From Atribacterota bacterium (GTDB lineage: Bacteria; Atribacterota; Phoenicimicrobiia; Phoenicimicrobiales; Stramentimicrobiaceae): 64,000 bases of DNA. The stretch is from assembly GCA_040767965.1 (NCBI GenBank), contig JAXGNR010000004.1, positions 704,001 to 768,000 on the forward strand, given 5' to 3'. Both the position numbers and the translations under genes were made by a program. The notes beneath the pieces were generated by a model that ran no database searches, was not told where the DNA came from, and was given only the letters and a program-made list of their open reading frames with translations. This document shows, one piece after another, positions 9,533 through 20,669 of this stretch; position 1 is the first letter of the stretch; every line of letters begins with the position of its first letter.

Positions 9533-10618
9533 TCACAAATACTTTTTAAATTGGGTATCTTTTTCCATTTGTGAAATTATTTTTTTTATGTCTCCTTCTC
9601 TATTTTTGGGATATATCATTTGGATTGGCCCATTTTTTATAATAACAAAATTGTCAAGTCCAATAGTAACTGTAAGTCCATTGTCATTTATAATTATACA
9701 ATTTTTTGTATCTATCCCTAAGTGTTCTCCCTGTATAATATTTCCATCTATGTCCATTGGGATGAATCTTTCTACAGCATGCCAGGAACCAATATCATCC
9801 CAAACAAATCCGCCTTCAACAGCTAATATCTCAAGCGTCTTTTCCAGAACCGCATATTCAAAAGAAACTGCTTTTATCTTCTCAAATTGAGTTCTGATTG
9901 TTTGGCTTTTATCTAATGTTCCAATACTTTGGGATATTATTTGCATAGATTTGTCCAGTTCTGGAAGAAATTGTTTTATTGACTGAAAAATAAATTGGCT
10001 TGGCATGACGTATATTCCAGTATTCCAAAAAAGCTGAAACTTTTTTTCACTTTCAGCAATCCAATTTTCATCGGGTTTTTCTTTAAATTTCAATATTTTA
10101 TAAAGTTTTATATTTTTAACATTGGTTATTTGTTTGTCAACAACAATGTAACCATATCTTGGTTCCTTTTTTTTTGGCTTTATCCCTATCAGTACAGGTC
10201 TATTGTAATCAAAAGCAATCTGAAAAGCATCTTTTAAAGAATCTTGAAACTGCTCTTTTTCAGGGATATAATGATCAATTGGGAAAATAGCCAGGTTTAT
10301 TGAAGCTTTTTTATGATAATTATTTATTAGCAATGCTGACAAGGCAATACTTGCTGCTGTATCTTTCCCGGTCGGTTCTAAAATATAATTTAGCAAATCT
10401 ATTTCAGGAACTATCTCTCTAACCTGCTGAAACAAATCCTCAGTTGTGGAAATAAAAATATCATTGGGCTCAAAAAAAGTTAAAAGTCTTTCAAAAGTTT
10501 CTCTAAGCATGCTGTTTCCGCTTGGTGATGGCAATAATTGTTTAGGTTTATTAAAACGGCTATGAGGCCAAAAGCGCTTTCCTCTTCCTCCAGCCAAAAT
10601 AAGGGCAATTTTTTTCAT
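9533..10618 (-). CDS. manC: Mannose-1-phosphate guanylyltransferase family
   Basis: ILAGGRGKRFWPHSR..KPKQLL, EP.GKDTA, FKEKP, WNTG, WDDIGSW. Confidence 0.85.
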   Translation of the reverse strand: MKKIALILAGGRGKRFWPHSRFNKPKQLLPSPSGNSMLRETFERLLTFFEPNDIFISTTEDLFQQVREIVPEIDLLNYILEPTGKDTAASIALSALLINNYHKKASINLAIFPIDHYIPEKEQFQDSLKDAFQIAFDYNRPVLIGIKPKKKEPRYGYIVVDKQITNVKNIKLYKILKFKEKPDENWIAESEKKFQLFWNTGIYVMPSQFIFQSIKQFLPELDKSMQIISQSIGTLDKSQTIRTQFEKIKAVSFEYAVLEKTLEILAVEGGFVWDDIGSWHAVERFIPMDIDGNIIQGEHLGIDTKNCIIINDNGLTVTIGLDNFVIIKNGPIQMIYPKNREGDIKKIISQMEKDTQFKKYL

Positions 10619-10665
10619 AATAACATTCCTGTATTACCTTGTTAATAATATATTTGCAAAAAACA

Positions 10666-11580
10666 TTAATATGTTCCATTTTGATCGTGATATAATAAAT
10701 CATCTATATTTTCATAGTCAAATCCGCGGAATTGAGCATAATTTTTTAATACTTTTTCGGTATAACTATTCGGGATTTCACTATCATTTAACAATATTTC
10801 CTGTATTTTAAAGGGTCCATGATTATAAGCAGCGAGGGCTAGTTTCATGTCACCAAAATCCTCATAAAGCAATGAAAGATAATGCAAACCTATCCTGATA
10901 TTATTTTCAGGATCAAAAAGCGTATTTTCAGCTCCATCCCATTTTATCCCAATATTTTCAGCCAGTTCTTTAGCAATAAACCTTCGGACCTGACAAAGGC
11001 CGAAAGCATAAGCTTCAGATAAGGCCTCAGTATCAAAATTACTTTCGACTTTAATTAAAGCACTGGTCAACAAAGGGTTAATTCCATATTTTACAGAATT
11101 TTCATAAATATGTTTTGCTACTTCATAAATAGTTTCACTTTCCAGATCCTTATTATGATTTGATATAATATTTACAATACGACTAATATAAAATTCTCTT
11201 TTATTCTCTTCAGAAATCATTCCGGTTAACTCCTGAAGCTGCATATATATTTCAGTAAACTGCTCTTTGCTTATAATGTTATTTTCAAATCGATTATGAA
11301 TCGAATATACTTCTTGAATCATTTCATTTAAAGAAGTTTTTAGAGAAATATTTTCTTCTTTCAACTCCTGGTATGAATTGGATAAATTTTCTATAGAAGT
11401 TGATAGATTATTTAACTTTAGTATTCCCATGATAAAAAACACAACAATTATTGTAAAAAATATCAGGAAAATAAAATTGATAATTTTATTTACTTTATCC
11501 AGGATAACCAGGAAAGCCTTTTTTTGCCTGCTTTTTTTCTTTTTCTTTTTTGCATTAACCTGTTCTTCTTTTTTGGCCAA
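10666..11580 (-). CDS. Membrane-anchored lytic transglycosylase (SLT domain) with coiled-coil stalk
   Basis: N-terminal TM helix, coiled coil, IKVESNF (catalytic Glu), GLCQV, ALAAYNHG. Confidence 0.85.
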   Translation of the reverse strand: MAKKEEQVNAKKKKKKSRQKKAFLVILDKVNKIINFIFLIFFTIIVVFFIMGILKLNNLSTSIENLSNSYQELKEENISLKTSLNEMIQEVYSIHNRFENNIISKEQFTEIYMQLQELTGMISEENKREFYISRIVNIISNHNKDLESETIYEVAKHIYENSVKYGINPLLTSALIKVESNFDTEALSEAYAFGLCQVRRFIAKELAENIGIKWDGAENTLFDPENNIRIGLHYLSLLYEDFGDMKLALAAYNHGPFKIQEILLNDSEIPNSYTEKVLKNYAQFRGFDYENIDDLLYHDQNGTY

Positions 11581-11617
11581 TTTAACCTCGCATTTTTATT
11601 ATAATATTATAAGTAAA

Positions 11618-13546
11618 TCATTTTATTTTACTGCCAGGGTTAATTTCTTTTTCAGTAGTTAGAAGGACAACTTTATTATTATCTGAAGCTGCTAATAACA
11701 TTCCTTGAGATTGAATACCTCTAATTTTAGCAGGTTCCAAATTAAAAACAACTACTATATTCTTACCGATAAGATCATCTGGCGAATAATGCTCTTTTAT
11801 CCCGGCAACTAATGTTCTTTCTTCACTGTTAAAGTTTACTCTTATTTTAAGCAATTTGTCTGCACCTGGTATTTCTTCTGCTGATAATACCTTTCCAACT
11901 CTCAAATCAATTTTTTTAAAGTCGTTAATTGTAATATTTTCTGTATTCTCCATTTTTTGAACCTCTTTTTCATTGTCATTATTTATCTTTTTTTCTTCAA
12001 TTCTTGGAAATAAATTTTCGCCTGGTATTACCTCTATCCCGTTTTTCAACCCTCCCCATTTTGTATTAACAGGGATATTCATTTCTTCAATATTGACTGT
12101 AAGCCCTAATTGATTCCATATTTTTAAAGAGGTTTCTGGAATAAAAGAGTAAGTCAGGATAGCAATAATTCTTAATGATTCTGCCAGATTATAGAGAACG
12201 ACTTCTAACCGTTCTTTTTTATCAATATCTTTTCCAAGCATCCAGGGTTCAGTCTGATCTATATATTTGTTTGTTCTCCGGACTAATTTCCATATATTTT
12301 CCAGGGCTGTATTAAATGAAAATTCTTCCATATCAATCATGAGGTTTTCTACAGTCTGTTTGGCAAGTTCCGATAATTCCAGGTCATATTGATCATTATT
12401 TAAAGAGGATATACTTATTACCGGTATTTTCCCTGAACAGAATTTCTGAATCATCGCAACTGTTCTGCTTAACAGATTTCCAAGGTCATTGGCCAGATCA
12501 TAATTAATCCTTTGAATCAATAATTTCTTTGAATAATTTCCATCCTGTCCAAAGGAAAGCTCTCTTAATAGAAAATATCTGAAGGCATCAGCACCAAACT
12601 CTTCGGCAACCTGATAAGGATCTACTACATTTCCTTTTGATTTTGACATTTTTTCGCCTTCCATAGTCCACCATCCATGTGAAAAAACCATCCTGGGAGG
12701 TGTAATATCAGCAGCCATTAACATGGTGAACCAAATAATGGTATGAAACCTTAATATGTCTTTCCCTATTAAATGAACAACTTCAGGCCAGTACTTATTA
12801 AATTTATCTTGATTTATGCCATAACCGGCCATAGTCAAATAATTTATCAAGGCATCAAACCAAACGTAAACTACATGATTGGAATCAAAAGGAACATCTA
12901 TTCCCCAATCCAGGCTTGCTCTTGTTCTGGTTACACTTTGATCTCTTAATCCCTGTTCAACAAAACGAATTATTTCATTTTTCCTGGTTTCAGGTTTTAT
13001 GCAATCAGGATTTTCTTTAATATAAGCAAGGAGTCTTTCCTGGTATTTGCTCATTTTAAAGAAATAGCTTTCTTCTTTAAATTTTTCAACTTCTTTACCG
13101 CAGTCAGGGCATTTTTTACCTTCTACCTGACTTTCCGGCCAGAATGCTTCACAAGTAACACAATACCAGCCCTCATATTCCCCTTTGTAAATATCGCCTT
13201 TCTCATACAATTTTTCAAAGATTTTTTTAACTACCTGTTCATGTCTTTTTTCGGTAGTACGAATGAAATCATCAGGTTTTATATTTAATATTGGCCATAA
13301 GTTTTTAAATTTCGATACTACCTGATTAGCAAGTTCAATGGGTTTTAGCCCTATTTTTTCTGCAGATTTAGCTATTTTTTGTCCATGCTCATCAGTTCCT
13401 GTTCCAAAAAGAACATCAAATCCTTGTAACCTTTTAAATCTAGCCATTGTATCAGCTGCGATTGTTGTATAGGCATGTCCAATGTGAGGCACATCATTTA
13501 CATAATAAATTGGTGTTGTAATATAGTAAGGTTTTCTCTTTTCCAT
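11618..13546 (-). CDS. metG: Methionine--tRNA ligase with C-terminal tRNA-binding domain
   Basis: HIGH, KMSKS, CVTC/CPDC zinc knuckle, C-terminal DLRVGKV...SQGMLL OB domain. Confidence 0.98.
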   Translation of the reverse strand: MEKRKPYYITTPIYYVNDVPHIGHAYTTIAADTMARFKRLQGFDVLFGTGTDEHGQKIAKSAEKIGLKPIELANQVVSKFKNLWPILNIKPDDFIRTTEKRHEQVVKKIFEKLYEKGDIYKGEYEGWYCVTCEAFWPESQVEGKKCPDCGKEVEKFKEESYFFKMSKYQERLLAYIKENPDCIKPETRKNEIIRFVEQGLRDQSVTRTRASLDWGIDVPFDSNHVVYVWFDALINYLTMAGYGINQDKFNKYWPEVVHLIGKDILRFHTIIWFTMLMAADITPPRMVFSHGWWTMEGEKMSKSKGNVVDPYQVAEEFGADAFRYFLLRELSFGQDGNYSKKLLIQRINYDLANDLGNLLSRTVAMIQKFCSGKIPVISISSLNNDQYDLELSELAKQTVENLMIDMEEFSFNTALENIWKLVRRTNKYIDQTEPWMLGKDIDKKERLEVVLYNLAESLRIIAILTYSFIPETSLKIWNQLGLTVNIEEMNIPVNTKWGGLKNGIEVIPGENLFPRIEEKKINNDNEKEVQKMENTENITINDFKKIDLRVGKVLSAEEIPGADKLLKIRVNFNSEERTLVAGIKEHYSPDDLIGKNIVVVFNLEPAKIRGIQSQGMLLAASDNNKVVLLTTEKEINPGSKIK

Positions 13547-13649
13547 TTTTTATTTTTTTATTCCTTTCTATTAACTGGACTTTTTTACTTGAACTGGATC
13601 TACTTAAAAGGTAATTTCTTCATATTAATTAATATAGAAAAATTATTGC

Positions 13650-14546
13650 TTATAATTTATCATTATTAATTTTTATAATTTCTTTGTAAATCCAATTCTT
13701 TGATACGGGATATTCTTTAATTATATAAGAAACAATATCTTTGTTAAAATACCCTTTCTCTAAATACTCACTTATTCTTTGTGTAATTTCTTTTTCCATT
13801 GCTATCAGCTCAGTAGAAGGCAAAATTTTCCCCTGATTTGCATCTGAAGTTGCATCAATTGCTCCCTCTACGATAACAGTTAACTCTCCTTTTATATTCC
13901 TGTTTTGCATTTTTTCCAGTATTGAGCTTGTTTTTCCTCTTAATGTTTCTTCAAATCTTTTTGTTAGCTCTCTATTAATTACAACATTCCTGTCGTTTAA
14001 GATGTCTTTTAGAATTGTCAAAGTTTCCTTGATGCGATATGGAGAATCAAAGAAAACAATAGTTTTTTTATCATTTTTTATTTCAGTAAAATATTTTTCT
14101 TTTTCTTTTTTTTTCTTAGGAATAAAACCAATAAAAACAAACTGGTTGACGTTAAATCCTGATATTGATAAAGCAGTAGTCAAAGCAGACACCCCAGGAA
14201 CAGGGATAACCTGAATGTTATTTTTCAGAGCTAAATTAATAATCTCATATCCAGGATCGCTGATTCCAGGCATTCCCGCATCAGAAACCAGGGCTATATT
14301 TTTACCTTCTTTTAAATGAGATAGTATTATTTTACTTTTTTTTTCTTTATTGAATTCATAATAACTGATTAATCTGGATTTGATATTGAAGTAATTTAAT
14401 AGTTTCCTTGTATGTCTGGTATCTTCTGCAGCAATCAGATCAACTTCTTTTAGAGTTTTCAGGCAACGCAATGTTATATCATCCAGGTTCCCAATAGGAG
14501 TTCCGCAAATATAAAATTTTCCAAAGGAGTTAGTCAAAAAATTCAT
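13650..14546 (-). CDS. rsmI: 16S rRNA C1402 2'-O-methyltransferase
   Basis: TPIGNLDDIT, AAEDTRHT, VSDAGMPGISDPG, RELTK. Confidence 0.95.
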   Translation of the reverse strand: MNFLTNSFGKFYICGTPIGNLDDITLRCLKTLKEVDLIAAEDTRHTRKLLNYFNIKSRLISYYEFNKEKKSKIILSHLKEGKNIALVSDAGMPGISDPGYEIINLALKNNIQVIPVPGVSALTTALSISGFNVNQFVFIGFIPKKKKEKEKYFTEIKNDKKTIVFFDSPYRIKETLTILKDILNDRNVVINRELTKRFEETLRGKTSSILEKMQNRNIKGELTVIVEGAIDATSDANQGKILPSTELIAMEKEITQRISEYLEKGYFNKDIVSYIIKEYPVSKNWIYKEIIKINNDKL

Positions 14547-14590
14547 TTGTTCTCTTTCAAAAGTTATAAAAACTCATATAAAAATAGATT

Positions 14591-15286
14591 TTAATTTTTT
14601 AAATAAAGAGGCGGTAATATCTTTAATTCTGTGCCACCATCTTTTCTTGCTTCAATTAGTACTCTTTTGGCGCTTTGCCCCTGTTTAGTATACACAATAT
14701 TAATTAATTTGGGCTCCAGATTGTTGTTTTTTAATTTAACTATCAGCGGAACCAGGTAGTCTGCTCTGTGTATAATATATAACCTGCCTCTTCTTTTTAA
14801 TAAGTAATTACTTATTTGAAATATGCTATCCAAATCAATGTTAATTTCATGTCGTGCCAGCAACTGGTCTTCTGTTGAATTCTGCTTTCCTCTGCCTAAA
14901 GACATAAATGGTGGATTAGCTGTAATAACATTAAACTTTTCACCAGGGAAAACATTTTTTAAATTCTTAATATCGTTATTAATAATATGTATTTCTTGTT
15001 GCAAATTGTTTATTTCAACATTTTTAAGAGCTAATTTTGCCAGTTTTTCCTGTATTTCTATAGCATAAATTTCATTGTTTTTTTCTTTATCATAAATCAT
15101 TAAGGGAATTATACCGCAGCCTGTTCCAAAATCTATAACTTTTTCCCTTTTTTTTAAAACTATAAAGTTACTCAAAAGGATAGAGTCAGTAGAAAAACAA
15201 TAATAATTTTTATTTTGTATTATTTTTAACTGATTCTTCTTTAAAGTTTCTATTATTTCTCCCGGCTGAAGGTTTATTTTGTACAT
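14591..15286 (-). CDS. tRNA1(Val) A37 N6-methyltransferase (YabB/TrmN6-like)
   Basis: FSTDSILL, DFGTGCG, NPPF, ARHE motifs; conserved position between yaaT and rsmI. Confidence 0.88.
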   Translation of the reverse strand: MYKINLQPGEIIETLKKNQLKIIQNKNYYCFSTDSILLSNFIVLKKREKVIDFGTGCGIIPLMIYDKEKNNEIYAIEIQEKLAKLALKNVEINNLQQEIHIINNDIKNLKNVFPGEKFNVITANPPFMSLGRGKQNSTEDQLLARHEINIDLDSIFQISNYLLKRRGRLYIIHRADYLVPLIVKLKNNNLEPKLINIVYTKQGQSAKRVLIEARKDGGTELKILPPLYLKN

Positions 15287-16133
15287 TTTTGTCTAATATC
15301 TCTACTTCTCCTTTTTTAGAGTACAGGTCGTCTATATTTATTTTTAATCTATTTTTAATACGTTCATTATCTTCTTTTTCTATTGTCTCAATAACAACAT
15401 ATCTGCTTAATATGTTTACTTCAATTACTTTTCCTTCTTTACCATCTTTAGTAACAATGCTTTTACCAACTTTAGGATATTTTTTTAATTCTTCTTTATA
15501 AAATTGAGATTCAAAATTTAAACAACACTTCAATCTTCCACATGTCCCAGAAACTTTTGACAGGTTTAAGGCAACACTCTGCATTTTAGCTACATTGATT
15601 GGAACTGGTTTAAATTCTGACATAAAAGTAGAGCAGCATAAAGGTCTGCCGCAAATCCCTAGTCCGCCTACCATTCTTGCCTTGTCTCTGACCCCTACCT
15701 GTTTTAATTCTATTTTTGTTTTAAAGATATAGGCAAGTTCTTTTACCAGTTCGCGAAAATCTATGCGATTATCAGAGCAAAAATAAAACACTAAACGGCT
15801 TTTATCAAATAAATATTTGCATCTTATCAAATGCATATCCAGCTGATGTTTCATTATTTTACTTAAACATATCTCATATGCTTCTTTCTCATCATGCTGG
15901 ATATCTTCCCATTTTTGACAATCATCATTAGTAGCTTTTCTAACAATACTTTTCAGAGGTGTTTCAATTTCTTCAGATTTTACACTCTGCACAGGTATTA
16001 CTACTTTACCAATATCAAGGCCCATGGATGTTTTAACAACACAAAAATCTCCTATTTCCAAAGGGCATTTTGTACTTTTAAAATAGTATATGGTACTAGA
16101 ATTATTAAATTGAATTCCTACAACATCAGGCAT
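15210..16133 (-). CDS. ricT: PSP1-domain protein YaaT/RicT
   Basis: RIDFRELVKEL, GGLGICGRPLCC, KVSGTCGRLKCCL. Confidence 0.92.
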   Translation of the reverse strand: MPDVVGIQFNNSSTIYYFKSTKCPLEIGDFCVVKTSMGLDIGKVVIPVQSVKSEEIETPLKSIVRKATNDDCQKWEDIQHDEKEAYEICLSKIMKHQLDMHLIRCKYLFDKSRLVFYFCSDNRIDFRELVKELAYIFKTKIELKQVGVRDKARMVGGLGICGRPLCCSTFMSEFKPVPINVAKMQSVALNLSKVSGTCGRLKCCLNFESQFYKEELKKYPKVGKSIVTKDGKEGKVIEVNILSRYVVIETIEKEDNERIKNRLKINIDDLYSKKGEVEILDKNVQNKPSAGRNNRNFKEESVKNNTK

Positions 16134-16135
16134 AA

Positions 16136-17128
16136 TTAATCCCCTAATTCAAGAAATATATTTTCCAAAAGGTTATTCTGGTTAATATGTTTTTCCAGTA
16201 AACCCGGTATATTTAATAAATAATATATAATCATAATCAATCTCTTTCTGGAATAATATTCAGAATATTCCTCTATTTTTTTATATTGTTCTGAGAAAGA
16301 TAGCTGTTTATTATTTTTTACCCCGACTTTTAATATTAATATATCACGAAACCAAAGTAACAATATTTCTAAAAAATCATAAAAATTTTCTTTAATACCT
16401 GGAAATATTTTTTCATATTTGAAGACAAATTCTTCCATTTTCCAGGGCTCTGTTTTTGCCAGAATATTTATATATTGCTCTTTAAATTTTATTTTTTCAA
16501 GATTATTTTCTTCCACAAGTCTTTTACCGGTAATCCCAAAAGATAATCTGAATAATCTATCCAATTCGTCATGATTAAAATTGGTTGTAGCAGAAAGAAT
16601 AGTTTTTTGTTGCTCAAAAGTAAGTGGTTTGAAAGATAAATGGCAACATCTGGAAATAATGGTTGGCAAAATAGAATTGAAAAAAGTGGTTATTAAAATT
16701 ATAACAGCATAATTAGGCGGTTCTTCTAATATTTTTAATAGAGAATTTGAGGCTTCAATATTCATCCTGTCCGCTTCATCTATAATATATACTTTTTTTC
16801 TGTTTTCAGTTGGCTGTAAATAGATGTCCCTTTTTATATCTCTAATTTGTTCTATTTTTATTACAGAATTAATTGGTTCAATCAATTTAAATTCTGAATT
16901 AATTCCTTTCTCTATTTTTTTGCATGAATTGCAGTTATTGCAGGAATCAAATAATTTAGAAAAATTATCACAATTAACTGCTTTTCCAAAAGCAATTGCA
17001 GTTAATTTTTTGCCAATGCCTTGATTTCCAGTAAAAAGATATGAATGTCCAATTTTATCATTTTTAATTCTTTTTATTAAAAAATCAATTATTTTTTCAT
17101 GACCAATTATATTATTGAATGAAATCAT
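16136..17128 (-). CDS. holB: DNA polymerase III delta-prime subunit
   Basis: HSYLFTG..GIGK, zinc Cys cluster, ASNSLLKILEEPP, ILPTIISRC; follows tmk. Confidence 0.92.
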   Translation of the reverse strand: MISFNNIIGHEKIIDFLIKRIKNDKIGHSYLFTGNQGIGKKLTAIAFGKAVNCDNFSKLFDSCNNCNSCKKIEKGINSEFKLIEPINSVIKIEQIRDIKRDIYLQPTENRKKVYIIDEADRMNIEASNSLLKILEEPPNYAVIILITTFFNSILPTIISRCCHLSFKPLTFEQQKTILSATTNFNHDELDRLFRLSFGITGKRLVEENNLEKIKFKEQYINILAKTEPWKMEEFVFKYEKIFPGIKENFYDFLEILLLWFRDILILKVGVKNNKQLSFSEQYKKIEEYSEYYSRKRLIMIIYYLLNIPGLLEKHINQNNLLENIFLELGD

Positions 17129-17145
17129 ACAGCTATATACTCTTT

Positions 17146-17826
17146 TTAATTTATTTTATTTAAGTCCAATTTTCTGGGCAAAGAATTATTTAAGATAGCA
17201 ATAATATCATTTAAGACAAAATCAATACTTCTATTTGAATTTATTATTTTAATCCTTTTAGGATTTTGTGCAGCTATTTTGAGATAGCCATCTCTAACTC
17301 TTTCCAGAAATAATTTTCCCTTAATTATTTTCCCTTTCAAAAATTCATCTTCAAAGCGCATTTCTTTCCCCTGGCTGGAAACAGTAGATCTTTTTAATCC
17401 AATTTCAGGATCCACATCAAGATAAAAAGTAAGATTTGGTATTATATTCTCAGTAACAAATTCATTTATAAAATTTACTGCTTCCATATCAAGCCCTCTA
17501 CCATATCCCTGATAAGCAGTAGTCGAATCAAAATAACGATCGGTAATAACTATGAAGCCATTTTTTAAAGCTGGCTTTATATTTTGCAATACATTCTCTG
17601 ACCTGGAAGCAGCAAAAAGCAATAACTCTGCTTTATTGCCCAAATTTTTTGTTTCTTTTTCTAATAATATTTCTCTTATTTTATCTGCAGTATAGGTGCC
17701 ACCAGGCTCTTTTGTTAACATTGCTTTGTATTTATTTTTTGTTAATATTTCATGCATCTTTTTTGCAATGGTTGTTTTCCCGGAGCCTTCAAATCCTTCT
17801 AAGGAAATAAAAAAACCTTCTTTCAT
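17146..17826 (-). CDS. tmk: Thymidylate kinase
   Basis: EGFEGSGKTT, EPGG, DRYFDSTTAYQG. Confidence 0.97.
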   Translation of the reverse strand: MKEGFFISLEGFEGSGKTTIAKKMHEILTKNKYKAMLTKEPGGTYTADKIREILLEKETKNLGNKAELLLFAASRSENVLQNIKPALKNGFIVITDRYFDSTTAYQGYGRGLDMEAVNFINEFVTENIIPNLTFYLDVDPEIGLKRSTVSSQGKEMRFEDEFLKGKIIKGKLFLERVRDGYLKIAAQNPKRIKIINSNRSIDFVLNDIIAILNNSLPRKLDLNKIN

Positions 17827-18159
17827 TTTTCTTGTTCTCTTATTCTGCTTTCTTTTTAATATTCAATTATTTATTGATATTTTTTTTAATATATTTTACT
17901 CTAATACATTTATTGTATTTGTCTAATCAGATAAAAAAACATTATAACATTAATACTTGAATGCTTGAATAATTTTTAATTATTTTAATTATAAATGCAA
18001 TTGTTAATTAATTTTCTGTAATATTCAAATGAAATAAACAAAATAACATAAAGTATTTGATTTTTACAATTAATGCAAAAAATCTGCATAAATTATATCT
18101 TAATTAATGTTATTTATCAAAAAGGAGTTTTATTAATAAATTTATAATTTATTTATTAA

Positions 18160-18852
18160 TTATAAGAAATGAGATGGTTTTTTAGGGATATTGATAAAAA
18201 GCTTTATTAATAAAATACCACCGATAAAACCACCGATATGAGCAAACCAGGCTACCCCGGAATTTACACTCTGACTAGTCAGGTTGGAAAGGCCATACAA
18301 AACTTGAAAAACAATCCAAATACCTAGTACAAACAGGGCTGGCATTTTAATCAATCGGATAAAAAAACCAAAAAATACTAATGTAGTTATTCTTGACTTT
18401 GGAAAAAGTATAAAATAAGCACCTAGAACTCCTGCAACCGCTCCACTAGCTCCAATCATGGGAATATCTGAATACGGACTAATTATGATTTGCATAAAGG
18501 CCGCTAAAATCCCTGATAAGAAATAAAAAAAAATAAATTTGATATCACCCAGAACATCTTCAATATTATTTCCAAAAATCCATAAATAAAGCATATTCCC
18601 AAATAAATGAACAAAATTACCATGAATAAACATAGAAGTTATTATTGACAGATATATTGGGGAAGGTCCGCTTGGAAACAAATCTACTCCTTTCACTATT
18701 TCATAAGGAATAAGCCCATATGAATATATAAACTGAGTAGAATTTGGCACTATAAAAAACTGGTAATAATAAACTACTGCATTAACGGCGATAATTAAAA
18801 TAGTTATTATCGGAACTTTTCTGGTTGGCATCTCATCCCACAATGGAAACAT
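18160..18852 (-). CDS. Rhomboid family intramembrane serine protease
   Basis: SMFIHG..HL.GNM, GASGA catalytic Ser, AHIGG catalytic His, multiple TM segments. Confidence 0.93.
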   Translation of the reverse strand: MFPLWDEMPTRKVPIITILIIAVNAVVYYYQFFIVPNSTQFIYSYGLIPYEIVKGVDLFPSGPSPIYLSIITSMFIHGNFVHLFGNMLYLWIFGNNIEDVLGDIKFIFFYFLSGILAAFMQIIISPYSDIPMIGASGAVAGVLGAYFILFPKSRITTLVFFGFFIRLIKMPALFVLGIWIVFQVLYGLSNLTSQSVNSGVAWFAHIGGFIGGILLIKLFINIPKKPSHFL

Positions 18853-19012
18853 ATCGGATTACTCAGAATAAACTGTTACTCCTTTTATAAAATAAAACAT
18901 TAGTTTACATTATAACACAACAGGCAGTTGTAATATAGTCTTTATGGTTTTTAAATGTTTTCAGAGGTAAATATTTTTAATAAGAAGAAGATTAATTTCC
19001 TATTGAAGAAAA

Positions 19013-20182
19013 TTATATTATAAATTCATCAGGTTTTTCACTTATATAATTATATTTAAATAATATAAATTCAATTATTCTATTGGCTGCTTTTCCATCA
19101 CCATAAGGGGATCTTTTGTTGCAGGACATCTTTTTATACTCAATATCATTTGAAAGTAGATTTTCAACATTATTAATAATTTTGTCAGGCTCAGTTCCGA
19201 TCAATTTTGCGAATCCCTTTTCAATAACTTCTATCCGTTCAGTTTCATTTCTTAAAATTAATACCGGCTTGCCTAATGCTGGGGCTTCTTCCTGTATTCC
19301 TCCTGAGTCTGTTAAAATCAAAGTGGAATACTTGATTAAGTTAGCCATTTCTGAATAATCCAAAGGATCTGATAAAACAATATCTTTTTTTCCAGACAAA
19401 TATTTATTAACAACTGCTTTTATAAGAGGGTTTTTATGAACAGGGAAAATTATTTTTACATTATCATATTTTTCGTTGATACATAAAAGAGATCTGCAAA
19501 GATCTTCCAAAGGTTTGCCCCAGTTTTCTCTTCTGTGCATTGTCACTAATAATATTCTTTGATTTTTATTTAATATGATATTATTAATTTTATGGTCAGA
19601 AAATGTTATATCTTTTTTTTGCATTAAAAATAAAGTATCGATTACAGTGTTTCCGGTAACATAAATATTATTTTTATCAATTCCTTCTTTTAACAACAAT
19701 TTTTTCGCATTTTCAGTTGGAGCAAAATGGTAATCAGTTAGGACAGTTGTTAATCTTCTGTTTATCTCCTCTGGACAAGGATAATATTTTTTTGTTGTCC
19801 TAAGTCCTGCTTCGATATGACCAATATTTATCTTTTGATAAAATGCAGCTAGAGCCCCGGAAAATGTTGTTGTGGTATCTCCTTGCACCAAAACAATATC
19901 AGGTTTTGTTTCTTTGTAAATTCTTTCCAATTTTAATAAAGTCTGGGAATTTATTTGACTGATTGTCTGGTTATGCTTCATTATATCTAAATCATAATCG
20001 GGAACAACCTGAAATAAAGAAGCTATTTGATCTAACATTTCCCTGTGCTGTGCTGTTGATATTAATATTAAGTCAATCCAATTCTGGTATTTCCGTGCTT
20101 CTGTTATTATAGGGTAAATCTTTATTAATTCCGGTCTTGTGCCAAATACAATGGCAATTTTTATTTTATTATTCTTGCTCAT
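19013..20182 (-). CDS. wecB: UDP-N-acetylglucosamine 2-epimerase (non-hydrolysing)
   Basis: [41 protein letters not shown]. Confidence 0.96.
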   Translation of the reverse strand: MSKNNKIKIAIVFGTRPELIKIYPIITEARKYQNWIDLILISTAQHREMLDQIASLFQVVPDYDLDIMKHNQTISQINSQTLLKLERIYKETKPDIVLVQGDTTTTFSGALAAFYQKINIGHIEAGLRTTKKYYPCPEEINRRLTTVLTDYHFAPTENAKKLLLKEGIDKNNIYVTGNTVIDTLFLMQKKDITFSDHKINNIILNKNQRILLVTMHRRENWGKPLEDLCRSLLCINEKYDNVKIIFPVHKNPLIKAVVNKYLSGKKDIVLSDPLDYSEMANLIKYSTLILTDSGGIQEEAPALGKPVLILRNETERIEVIEKGFAKLIGTEPDKIINNVENLLSNDIEYKKMSCNKRSPYGDGKAANRIIEFILFKYNYISEKPDEFII

Positions 20183-20618
20183 ATGTAATCTCTTCTATTT
20201 GTGCTTCCTGCAATAAATCTTTTGCTAATTGATCGGGATAACCCTTATGATAAATAATTCGAATAATTCCAGAATTAATTATCATTTTTACACATGTTAC
20301 ACATGGCTGATTAGTGCAATATATATAACTACCCTCAATGCTGATACCATGCATTGCAGCCTGAATAATGGCATTTTGTTCTGCATGCAAACCCCTGCAT
20401 AATTCTTGTTGTTTGCCGGACGGTATTTGCTGTTTTTCTCTTAAACAACCAATCTCGGCGCAATGCTTTAGTCCTCGGGGAGCACCATTATAGCCTGTAG
20501 TTAATATTCTTTTCTCCTTAACAATAATTGCACCCACTTTCCTTCTAAGGCATGTAGATCTACTGGCAACTAATTCGGCAATCTTTAAAAAGTACTGATC
20601 CCAAGACGGTCTATCCAT
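20169..20618 (-). CDS. dCMP deaminase (ComEB-like)
   Basis: [27 protein letters not shown] zinc motif. Confidence 0.93.
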   Translation of the reverse strand: MDRPSWDQYFLKIAELVASRSTCLRRKVGAIIVKEKRILTTGYNGAPRGLKHCAEIGCLREKQQIPSGKQQELCRGLHAEQNAIIQAAMHGISIEGSYIYCTNQPCVTCVKMIINSGIIRIIYHKGYPDQLAKDLLQEAQIEEITYEQE

Positions 20619-20669
20619 TTTTTATTTCCTCACAAAGAGCGTTTTTATTAAAATAAGTGTTAAAAGTAT

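Noticed and set aside
13547-13649. T-box or operator upstream of metG (short aactgga repeat)
   Set aside because: No TGGNACC T-box or terminator; the 7-nt repeat is too short to support
17827-18159. 333-nt AT-rich gap with an orphan AAGGAG on the plus strand
   Set aside because: No start codon at proper spacing and no stable structure; nothing supportable
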